Shown here one piece after another: positions 1 through 57,200 of a stretch of 64,000 bases of DNA. The DNA comes from Euglena gracilis (Eukaryota), in the NCBI GenBank assembly GCA_039621445.1, contig CP154954.1, positions 19,640,642 through 19,704,641 of the forward strand, written 5' to 3'. The notes below the pieces were generated by a model. The model did not search any database, was not told where the DNA came from, and was given only the letters and a program-made list of their open reading frames with translations. Numbering within the stretch: position 1 is the stretch's first letter; each line of letters opens with the position of its first letter. A program made the translations under genes and the position numbers.

Positions 1-1129
1 GAAAATCCTCAAACATTCAAAAATCTGAGTCCAATCCTGGGCCTACAAAAGCCCTCAACAAGATCCAGAATTACACCTGCCATATACAACAAACAAAGTC
101 CAACCGAGAGCAACCAACCCAACAGAAGCAACATTCAGCAGCATACCGAGGGGCCAGGCCAATCCAGCCCTACCCTGGGTCCAACCGATTCACTGGAGCC
201 GTAAAACCAACAAAGCCGGCTTGCCAATTAAAATTCACTGCCCCCCCCCCCCCAGTCACACTGGGCATTGGGGGTCAAATGACATGGCAAACTCAAAAAT
301 ACTGAAAATTCAAATCCAATTTTCTCAGCCAAGGCGATTTTTCGCTGCCCCCCCCCCTTGTCACATGGGGCCATGGGGGTCAATCTGGCTTCAGCCTCCA
401 AACAAAAAAAATCTCAAACCTGGGCCAATATCCAGACCGGCTGAAATCACAATCCCCACCCCAAAATGACATTCGGGACAAGAACCGAAAACTGAAAACT
501 CTGAAACTGAAAATGAAAGATCATTGATCTGGCTGCCTGAACACTAGGAGAAATTCCCAAGCATCGTGGCTGGGCGTCTCCATTTAAGTGGAAAGCAACT
601 GGGGAGAAACATGCACCCCAGAAACCAGATTCAAAAAATGTTTGACTTGGCTGTTTTTCCATAAGTCAAACTCTGTGAACTGAAAATCCAGATTATGTCT
701 CCAGGCTGATTGCACATCTGCCTCCAACACTAGATCACCATGAAAAAAATATCAAAAAAAAATCACAAAACAACCCACAGAAACATACTCGACACTGTAA
801 AGTGCTATGCTGTGCCAGTCAGTGGTCAGACCTGTGCTGAAAGAAAAATCACCACCACCACTGATATGGTGGAAACCACCCCCAGCTGTTCCATGGATTT
901 AAATGCCTGTCCCAACCCCACCAATCTTGAAACCAACTTGGACACAAAAATTGAAAGTCATTCCAACTGTTTTTGGCAGGCCTCCAGAATTTTTTTGTCT
1001 GTCTGAATTTTCTTGGCTGTGCGGCAAAATCCGAGGAAGATTTCTCAGAAGAAACTGATGACGGCTGCAAATTTGTGACATGTCAAGAATTCAGGTTCAC
1101 AGGCACAAATTTTTCTGGACTTGTTAATT

Positions 1130-1849
1130 TCAGTTCACTGGCTGCAACTTTTCAGCGATTTGCAGTTCCAACGTTTTTATTTGCTCGGTCAACCTTCCGA
1201 TTTCCACTTCTGCCTTTCCCAATGAATATTTCACCTCTTTCAGCTGTTTCGTCAGAGCCTCGCCCTCAACATTCAGGGACTGAATCTTGTTAATTACCCA
1301 CTTTGAGTTTCGATTCAAAAAATCCGTTTCTGTGTCCTGTTCCTCTGAGTGGCTGGGCTCACTTGACAAACTCCGCCAAAATTTTTCAATGTGATTAATT
1401 CTGCATTCCAAACTACTCAGTGTGCATTGCATTGGATCTTCAGGAGAACCCACAATTAAAGCCCACAGAACACCAACCTTCAGGAACAAACCCTCAACTG
1501 GAAGACTTTGAGGTTGAGATTTGTCATCGACCGAATCCAAAAATTCTTCACTGACAGAGTCAGTGAAGCAACCCCTGCGTACCATGTTGGGCGTCCGGGA
1601 CCCTTCTCGCCCGGGGGGGCTGCCGGGGCTGCAACTTCCTTTTTCTGGCCCTGGTGGGCTCAGGCCAGGGCCTTTGTGAAATTGGGCCCCTTTTTCGAAC
1701 ATGCCAACCGGCGGTAAAGGGGGTGAGGTGTGCCCCCCCGACCCGGGGTCCCCAGTTGCCCCGCGTAGGATCTTTTTTCCCTCCACTGTTGTTTTTTTCC
1801 CATTTCTCAACTTTTGGTCCAAAGGGTGGACAAAGACAAACCAACCCAC
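1130..1849 (-). pseudogene. Intronless coiled-coil ORF, probably a degenerate retroelement ORF1/gag
   Basis: Heptad-like INKIQSLNVEGEALTKQLKEVKYSLGKAEVEIGRLTEQIKTLELQIAEKL. AT-rich codon usage unlike host exons. Appears to continue past a frameshift toward ~850. Confidence 0.3.
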
Positions 1850-2164
1850 CTACGGAGGATCAAACAGCAGAGCACAACAAACCTGGGAGTTGAGAGGGTG
1901 GGTGAGTACCTTTGAGATCAGGTGAGTTGTGGGGCAAAAAAACAAAAATGTGGAATGGAATGCCTTGGCTTCTTATGGATTGTCAATTCTTTTGTGTATC
2001 TTTCTTCAATTCTTTCTGAAATTCCAAAATGACTTCTTTGCTTGAATTTGCTGGGGTTCCAATTCCTCGTGCGTGGCGGTTGACTTGCTTGGGTGGTTCC
2101 TACTGGGGGTTTTGGGGGAATTTTCTGGGAAATGTTTGGCTGCCGACGCCAGCGGCAGCCGACA

Positions 2165-3800
2165 CCAGGAGACTGGTCTTATGGCTCCTGCTTGGAAATA
2201 GTCTTGCAAAGTATTTTTTGCCTTTTAAATTTCCACCTCTGATTTTGGTAGAGAAAATGTGCCGAGGGAGGGGGGTGACTCCCAAGGGGGGGGTTACCCC
2301 CTGTGTGATGAGTTGCAACACCCTGGGGGGGAGGGCAACTTTCTGCCACCATGGCAAATGGGTCTGAAGTCTCTGAAACAGAGGCACTCCCAAAAAGTGC
2401 TCTTCTGTCAGCAGCAGCACCTCGGTGATCTGCTCCACAGATCTCAAGCATGCAGCTTCCCACAGCCTGCAAATGTCTTGGCTTCTGCCCCTCAGGGATG
2501 GTTGAGTTTCTGTCACAATGCCCAACTCTGGAGGACACAATGTCCTTTTGGAACTTGAGGAGTTCTGATCTGAAAAGGAGGGAGCAATACTTCCTGGCAA
2601 GGTGGTTGGCAAACCATTTTCCTCCTGTGGACTTGCCTTTCCTTTTGGGGGCAGACCTCCATGGTCTCGCTTGCCAAACTGTCGGCCATTGCTTGAATTT
2701 CCACCCTTTTCAACCTGTGGGGGTGGGAAAATGCTACTTGGGGAACTCACCCATGAAGGGGGGCTGATACCCTCTTTGTTGATGCCAGCTTGGGCTTTGG
2801 CCATTTTGATGTCGTCAGGGGTGAATAGGCCATTTCCTGGTTGTATGGTTTGAGGGATGCTCCTCCTCTTCCTCTCCTTGACAATGTCCCCTTCACAGGC
2901 AGCCACAGATGCAAAGAGCTGTTGGCTCAAACCCAATACGTCCTCAGGGGCTCCTTGCAAGGTGCAGTACAGCGCTGCCAAGATACGTAAGATATTCAAG
3001 AGTTTCTGCTGTACTGCACGCAGAGCGCGGTCATACACACTCTTACCATCTTGACGGTGGTTATTTTCTACCGCCTTGGACTTCAGGGTCTTCCAGGTTG
3101 GTATCTGTTCCAGTAAACTTCGAACTTCCATACATAAGTCCCCAGACTGTACCTGTGTCCATATCCTCTCCAGGTCCCCCGGCAGTGCCTCCTCGGCCGT
3201 TTGCAAGGGGAAGTCCGAGGCTTCCTCTGCCGCGCGCGCTGCCTCCTCGTCGCGATCGTCGTCGTCGCCGTTGTCCACTTCTCGTACAGCTTGAAGGCCA
3301 CGTCCGACGCCTTGTCGCTCAACTCCAGTGACGGTATCGAGACGTTCTTCGTAAGGGCCAAGCTGTAAACGTATGCCGACAAAAAACAACAGCCGGAAAG
3401 AAGCAGACTCCACCATAGCCACTCCAATGAGCTTCCTTACGGCAAGGGAAAAGCGGGTTGTACCTCAACTGGCCCCAGTCCACTTCTGACCTGGCCCAAT
3501 CGTGGCCATCACGGTGGTAGCGTCCGCGTCTCGTAAGAAGGCTGTTGTTAGCGATTCTTGTAAGAAAAGACTGCTCCACGCCGCTTCGAAGGCCTCTTTG
3601 TCCGTCTCGTCTTGCAGGTGTGTAAATTGCATGATCAGCTTGAACAGTTGGTTGCAGCTCCGTGCCAAAAGGACGATTATGATCCGCCTACTCCGGAAAA
3701 GAAAAGCAGTAAGAAACACCACAACCAACACCAAAAACACAAAAACAACAGCCGGAAAGAAGCAGGACCCCACTGGGGTCTTTTGCGGATCCGGAGCTGT
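2165..3800 (-). mobile_element. Truncated DIRS/Ngaro-like (tyrosine recombinase) retrotransposon: gag-like ORF plus start of RT
   Basis: Intronless ORF 2100-3422 ends in GVPLFQRLQTHLPWWQKVALPPRVLQLITQGV. After a frameshift it continues as LQDYFQAGAIRPVS (~2170-2209), resembling the pre-RT segment of DIRS-type elements. No RT core or recombinase is visible. Confidence 0.6.
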
Positions 3801-4155
3801 CGTTCAGTTTGTGCCCTTTTCAAGAGGCAGACGATGGGGGGAGACGCCCAGCACGGATTCCTGACCCCCAAAAAAAAACACAGCAAAACACTGCTAGCGA
3901 GCAAGACTGGCCCCCCAAAGGCAAAGGGCGGAGCCCCAGGCGGAATCAGCGGAAAAAGACACAAGACAGCGCACATGACACAAGATATTTGTGTTGCGCC
4001 TTCGGTGTCCCTTCCCACCTGGTCGGTTTTCCTCCAGGGGGTACGGAAAATGGGGAGTTCGCTTCGATCCGAACATTTTGCCTCTGCGGGGCCCAAAAAA
4101 AAAAGCGTGAGCAACTTTCAATGGCGGTAGATAGAACAGTGACATGGGTCATGCG

Positions 4156-14826
<10,671 letters not shown>

Positions 14827-15987
14827 CCGAAGGTCACGCGGCTGGAAGGCATAGCAGGCAGATGGAAAACTGTCGACTCCCAGGAGCAGAATCAACGCCA
14901 GGGGGGTCCTGACCCCCCTCCACGATACACCATTTTACAGCCGGTACCTCCCAACAGTGGTCGCACTCACCCGACCAGGAAGGGGTTTGACCAAAATGAA
15001 GCTGAAAGCGCCGGATTCTTCTTTTGGAAATAGTTTTCCAACCAATGATTTTAGCTCCTGGGGTTAAATTGGGTGTGTTTCAGGTTCCGCCCAGTCCAGC
15101 CGTAGCCGTGACTAGACCCCTTCCAGGGCGGGCCAACCGGAAACTTCCTCGGCCAGCTTGCTGCTTCCCTCAGGGGGTGTCTTGGGAACCCCCCATCAAT
15201 GCACTTAACTTTAGCCGGGGTGGATGTCTGGCAGCTTCCGGGAAAACTTAGGAACCTCAAACATTTTGTGTAAAACAGCAAGAAAATTTCTTCTCTGTTC
15301 TGTGCCTGAGGTGGCATTTTGGCAACTTCTGCGACAACAAAGAAAATGATCAGGTGATGCAAAATGCAATTTGTCATTGGGAACAATGGGCAGCATTCCG
15401 GCACAGACACGCGCTGCGGGGTTCGGAGGCGCCGTCATTGGCCCATAAGGAAGGGGAGAGGGAGGGAGATGGATAAGGAATTGGCGAAGTGCATTGATTG
15501 CAAAGCCCGCAGGCACAGGCTATGTGCCTCCGGGAAGCAGTGACTGCAACGGGAGGGTCGGTGGGAGGGTGACTCGCCACAGCGCCGGGCGGTCACCGTA
15601 GCATTGTCTCCAGGAGTTGCTTCACCCTGGGGCGGGGGAGGAACACGCTTTCGTTCCGAGCTGCCTTCGACGGACCACCCCCAGGAATGAGGCAGTGGCC
15701 GGCCTTGGGGGCTTGGAGGGAGACTGGAAAGCCGGGGCAACCAAACGGCACGCCAGCATGTGGCACTCATTGGGCTGTGCTCCAACCAAGCGGTTTGTTG
15801 TAGGGCCTTGCGGGGGGATTTCCAGCTGGGGCCGGAAAATCACCGGTGAATGAAAGCAGCCACCAGTTGGCAACAATTCACTAATCCGGGGGCTGCCAGC
15901 CCGCAGATGGCTTCCACTGCAACCAAATTTGGACCAGGGCATGCCAGCCCGGTGGGGCAAGCAAAAACTGAGTTATTACTCTGCCGT

Positions 15988-18863
<2,876 letters not shown>

Positions 18864-19439
18864 GGCGGGGCCGCTGGGGAACGCGGCGGGATGGGCAGTC
18901 CCCTTGGGGAGGCCCCCAGTCCAACCACAGGTTTGCCAACCTCAAAACCCCAAGAAATTGCTCCAAGTTAAATTGGGAGGCTCAAAAAAGTTGACAGGAT
19001 TTGACCCGACTTCGGACCAAAATGCCGCGGATAGAATGAATAAGCGACAGAAAAAGCGGAAGCGTCTCGAACCGAGCACCGTTCTCTGTTTTGCGGTACC
19101 CTTTGCGCAGGGGAGAAGAAAAAGGGGACACAATGAGAAAGTGTCACCTATGGCGACTGTGATATTTTGGGTTGTGTCACAGCTGTCCAGGGGAGATGGC
19201 CAAACCACATTGGGAAGCCACCCATCTCTCTTTGACCTGTCGCACCAGTCGCCTGCTGAAAATTGGGGCAGTGGTCCATTGAGAAGAGAAAGGAGGAGGT
19301 ACATCGGAAGTAGGGAGGGCGAACCCTCCAGCTCGCCACACAGTCAGGGGGATGGTGGAGGTGTGGGCAGAGGTTAGACACTTGAAAGGTGGTCGGCCTC
19401 TGTGGGGTGGGGGCAGAAGGGTGCTGCGTCGGCTGGACG

Positions 19440-33300
<13,861 letters not shown>

Positions 33301-34644
33301 GTGGGCAGGGCCGGGCCGCGGGCGGCGACCGGAAGGGAGGCGGGGCTGGGGAGGCCCACGACGCGGGGGTTGGGCGGGTGGATCCTGTTCGAACCCTTGT
33401 CCAATGGTGGTACTTTCATGTTTGAAAAAAGTTTCATTTTTATTTTCATTTTCATTTTTTTTAATTTAATTTTCATTCTTTCATTTTCATGTTAAATTTT
33501 CATGTTTGTTTGAGGGACGGGCACGGATCAATTCCATGCAAGCATCACAGGCCAAACAAAATCATGAAACTGAGGGATCTGCCGAAAAAAAATTCAGATC
33601 CGGTCCTTGACCTGCGAGAGGGAACCTATCACCCACAGCGGATACGTTGGCCCCATGTCCCTGCAGTTCCCACAGAGATTGATTTGCATCGTTAGTCCTG
33701 CCACCCTGAAAGCTTTTCCCACAACATTCATGTGTTGAGCAGCAAAAAATTGCAAATTATGTCGTCTCATCAATTTCAGTTTTAAGAAGTGATTCAAAAA
33801 TGTAGAATAGTTGACCAAAGCGCATTTGTGCTCCCAAAGCCAGGGTGTTAAATAAGCGGTGGAGGGGGGTCTGGACCGTCCATCTCCCCCAGTGCATAAA
33901 AATGTCTGGCGCTTCATGTCAAGAATAAAATTGGGCCTTGAAAAAGCCCAAAAATCGCGTTTTCACACGCTTGTTTGAAAAATCGGTCAAAACATACACC
34001 AGAAAATTAATATATATTAAAAAATTTTGGGTTCCCGGGGTGTCCCAGACCCCCTGAAGGGTCTGAAGGAGGAAGGGGGGGGTCTGAACCGCCTCCCCCA
34101 GGGGTGGGATTGGTCAACATCCCGGGAGATATGTCCCCTATTTACATCGCCCGGTGCACTGACTTGGGATGCATTTCGGCCATCATTCAGGAGTTTTAAT
34201 CCCAGGTGACGAACTGGTCCTAAACGAACAAACTATTCATCAATATTGCAAGATTCTGCAAAGGCGTTGAAAAATCAAACGGAAAAATAACGTTTCATCA
34301 AGATAAGTGGGGCAGACAAAGAAGAAGAGGAAGGTGGGGTAAATGGTTGTTTGAAATTTCCAAAAGAATGAAACAATATGAAACCTGTCCAACCATTGCC
34401 CAAGGTTCGCGTCCCAGGAGAATAGAATACTGGAATAAAATGTTGAACGCAATCTACTGATCTAAGACATCTGAACTTAGGTTGGCGAAACAAAACCATG
34501 GAGGGGAAGCAACATACAGACAGGGCTGTTTCATACATTGAGAGCTTTGGGGTGGTTAGACCGAAGTGGACCGAGGGTAGGAGGGAGGTCGAGAAGAACA
34601 AAACAGGAGAAAGAATTTGCAGAACGGTGCAGCTCGGCTTTGAG

Positions 34645-52816
<18,172 letters not shown>

Positions 52817-54217
52817 CGAACAGGATGAAAGGTGTGAATGAAAAACAGGAAGAGCAATGGACCAGAATGGATTTATTCCGATCCATTTATATGAAGGTGC
52901 TGGGGGGGGCCTGCCCAGGTCGGACCACCCGTAGGGTTGTGCCTGCGCGTCCATGGGCAGAGATTCGGCCAAAAACGGGCCTTTTCTGGGCCTCCGAGTG
53001 CCTTATCCAAGAACCCAGGCACTGTTGGCTGTGTTCCCTATCCCCCTCCAGGGAGATCAGGGAGGGGATCTGGTTGTGAGGCTTTGGGGGGGGGGCAGAA
53101 TTAGCACCCATCCACCTACCCATGCGCTTGTGTTGAGTGGCTTTTTTCGCACTTTTTTGGACTTCACTTTCGGACCCTCGGGGGGGGGGGGTGGATGACA
53201 CTTATATGGTACTGCCCACCATTTGGGAACTTGCACACTTAAATGGGGGGTTATCCACTTGGTACGACCCAGGGGGAGGGGTTTAACAATAAAAGCACCT
53301 GCTTGGGGTGCCTGCAGGCCATCTGCACAACAGAAAACAAACCAAAGTCCAACTCAAACCCAAAGATGCTGGAGAAATTCCCATCAAAAGTGTGCAGGTT
53401 GCCACACATCAAAACACACCAGAACCCTCCACGGGCAATGAGGAAAAGAGGCTGTGTCTGTCTCATAACGGCATCAGCTGTGCAGGAAAGAACATACACA
53501 AACATTGGACATCAACCACGATTGTGCGTTTTTGTCAGGAGTAGAACGACAAGACTTCTAAACCACACCACCTTGATTGAGAACAGAAAGAAGGAATAAT
53601 GAACAGAAAAATGGAATGGTGCTTCCAAACAAAAGAAAAAGGCGCTCCACTGAGAGCGCCACTGACCCCCGGACTGTAACCTCTTTGCAACACTACTACG
53701 CAGGAACACTGGGTCCAAATGGCCTCACCTGTTTTGGTTGGCAGTGTAATGTGAAGGGAGATTGGAAATTTCTCATCTGATGGTAATGCATTGTCCAGTT
53801 TAACGTTGCTTGCTGAAAGCAATCAGGATTTCCACGTGCCCACCATTGTAATCATCCAAACAAAAAAATACAACCCCCGAACAGAAACTTCATGGGTTCG
53901 TGTTTCCAAGTGTGATCCGTGATTTATTTTTGGGTGGCAACAGCAAGGCTCAAGCAGAAGAGGTAAAGGGCTGGCATGTGCATGGCCCTGCCGCTTTGGC
54001 AAAGGGAGAGGCCAGCCAAGGCATCTGGAAGCAGCGCCAGTGATGAATGTGACAATAAGTGGGCCACAAGGCGGGAATGCTGGGTTGGGGGGATGGCTTG
54101 CCAGCCAAAGAGGGCGGCGCTAAGAGTCATTCATTTCCGGTGGCGAACAGTCATCCGCAGCAACGCACGGGTGGCACTGCACACGCCCGACTGTCGAGGC
54201 CAGAGAGGGCCACGGCA

Positions 54218-57200
54218 TCAGAAGCACGACAGGGGGCCCCAGCGCTTCTTGGCCTCGTCGCGACACCAGCGGTGGTACGGGTGCGCGTCGCTGACCCGGA
54301 GCAACGCCCGGAGCGTCAGGGAGGGCCCCATGGCAGCGATGGCCGTGCCGGGGGACGCAGCAGAGTTTGGGGTTGACGCGCAGCGCAGGTGAGAAGGGCA
54401 GCGCCAGAAAGGGGCATGTGTCTGAATGGATGTGGAGGGGGGGGGCTGGCATTAGTGTAACCCCCCCCCCGGGAAACTGTCACCTGACAGGTTGGCCGGT
54501 ACCGGGGACGCTGACAACTTCCGAAACTGACAGGTTGGCCAGTGATGGGGATCCCGACAGTTCCCCAGGCGGGACCCTGACAGGTTCTCGGGCACGACAG
54601 TTTCCCGGGGGGTGGGGGGGGGGTAGGTAAGAGTCACCAAGGGGTGGGGGTGGCACGGGGCCCAGCGGGGCGAACTGCCGGAGATCGTAGTCGCTGGTCT
54701 CGTTCAACAGGGCGTCGGCGCGGCGCCACTCCGCCGGGAAGTTGCGGAGGTACGAGTTCCAGTAGCCGCGGCGGCAGCCCGGCGGGGCGGCGGCCCAATG
54801 CCATTGTGTCATTTGTGTCCCAATGCAGGGGGGGGGATTGATATCGGAGGCCTTCGGAAAAATTGCGGGAAAAAAATGCGGAAAAAATGCGGAAATTGCG
54901 GAAAAAATGCGGAAATTGCGGAAAAAATTGCGGAAATTGCAGAAAAAAATGCGGAAAATTTTATATCGGGAATATACACATTTCTGCTTGAGAGGACTTA
55001 GAAATTTTTCAACTGTGAGGTTCAGAACACCGCAACACCCACGTCGATGCATGTGCGGAACGCGTGTACTCTGCCCAATCATCCTCAAAACAATCAAGTT
55101 GAAGCAAAGGGTAATTGATGCGCAAAAGGCTCATACAGGCAGACATCTGAAAAGATCATAAATGAAACTGCTGAAATTAATGGTCTGAAAAACCTTTGAG
55201 TTGCAACATGCGTCTTGACGCTGGCATTGAACAATGCTTCACCCCCATGCCCTTTCCCTCTCTTTCTTTTGTTGGCAGGTGCACCTGTGAGAAAAGCTGG
55301 TAAACTGGGGGAAGAAAACAACAAAACACAATAGCACACCTGTTGATCCATTTGAAGAATGGCTTGAACTCGTTGCATCTTCCATCTTCGGTGGTGGGGA
55401 AAAAAATTCTGCGAATGGGAAAAAATTGCGGAAAAATTGCGGAAATTGCGGAAAAAATGCGAAAAATTGCGGATAATTGCGATAATTGCGGGAAAATTGC
55501 GGAAATTGCGGGAAAATTGTGGATATCAATTTCCCCCCCTGCCCAATGTCAGCAGGGTTGGAATCCAAATCTGAGGCCATTTCCCCACCTCTGCATCTCA
55601 CTATTTATAATTGTCAGTAGGCAGGATGCCAGGTCATTGTTGTATGGCAATGGACCCAACGAGGCAGAGGTATGCGCACTGGTGAACACCGAAGTCAAAT
55701 CACCTTCGCTGGAAAAAGAAAATAAAATAATAAGTGGAATACGTCTCGCGCGCGCGACACATTTTTTTTCTTTTGGGACTCATCTTAAGCTGCGCCGTTC
55801 TGCAACAGCGATTCAGAGGAGCCTTTGACAACAGGCGCCTGGCTGGGCAGCTGTCGCCACTCAGGCAGCGGAGCTCCTCGCGCTTCTCCTTGGTGCGGAA
55901 GCCGGTGTAGCCGCTGGCGTGGCGCTTCCACATCCAGTCCTGGAGGGACTTGCTGTGGAAGTGCTTGAGGTGGTATGCTGTGTCGTTCAGGGCAGGCCTG
56001 GTGGCAGCAGAGGGGCTGGAACCTGTCATCATCGGCGATGACCGCCCCGACCCCAATTCAGTTTGTGTGATTTATGCTATATATGCTATAGAATATTATA
56101 TATATTATGCAGATATTACATTGTTATATGCATACATTGCATTGCTTATGCTATGTGTGTGTGTGTGTGTGTGTGCTCATATGATCTGGTGGCACCACAG
56201 CTCCACAAAAACAATGTGGCAATGCTCCAGCCGACCAAGCCGCTGGCCTTTGAGATGTGTGCAGTGCGCAGACCACACTCTGCAGCCTGGTACCGAATTC
56301 TCGCCGCTGCCCGCACCGGCACCAGCAGCGCACATCACATGTGTCGGCTGGCGGCCACAGCCCCCCTGGGCGATGTTGCAGCCCTCCAGCACCGTCAGCT
56401 GGTGCGGGGACGGGAGGGTGCGGAAGCAGCGGCGGCTGACGAGGAACTTCCCGTTGAGGCGGCCAAAATGCGTCGCGTTGACCGAGTCGTGGACGCAGAG
56501 GGCGGCCCGGCGGTGGTACGCCTCGATAGTCAGCGTGGTGGGGAAATCCGGCCGCTTTTCATGGCCCCGGCCAGGCCGGAGCCCCAACGCATGCGGCAAC
56601 CTCTCTGGCCAACAGAGAGCTGTGAAGCATCAGGAGGCCATGTGAAGAATCTGCCCAGGATATGTATGCATCGACTCGATTGGTACCTGTCACTGGCGGG
56701 GGTGACCCTCGTTGATTTCCATTGCTCTGGGCAAAAGATGTCGACTTTAAATGAACATAGCACAGCACCTCCATAATCGCTTTAAAACTTCTCAGGGGCA
56801 TTAGGCGTTTGTACAACCAAAAGCACTACAGCTGCGCAGATGTGAGGAAGGGTGAGGGTCCAGGCTGGGTGGAGGACCCGAACATCACCCACGGCAACGC
56901 CACTGCCCCGGTACCGTTACGCTCGGCAGCCGCCACCAGGCTTGAGGTAGCCTCTGCTTGGAATGCCATCCCATCATTGAAAGAATCCCCCCATGGAAAA
57001 AATAACTTGACCTGACATGTGTGCCCCCTGTGCCCCTGTGTGGGCTGTGATTTGACAACCAAATGTGCCCCCCCCCCTCCACACAAGCGGTTGCAGGCAG
57101 ACCGCCAGCGCCATTGCCAGTGCCAACGCCGCCGACTTAGGCGGCCTAACTCGCACTTAGCTTTGAAAGTGACTGTAAATTTGCGCCGACGCGCAAATCC

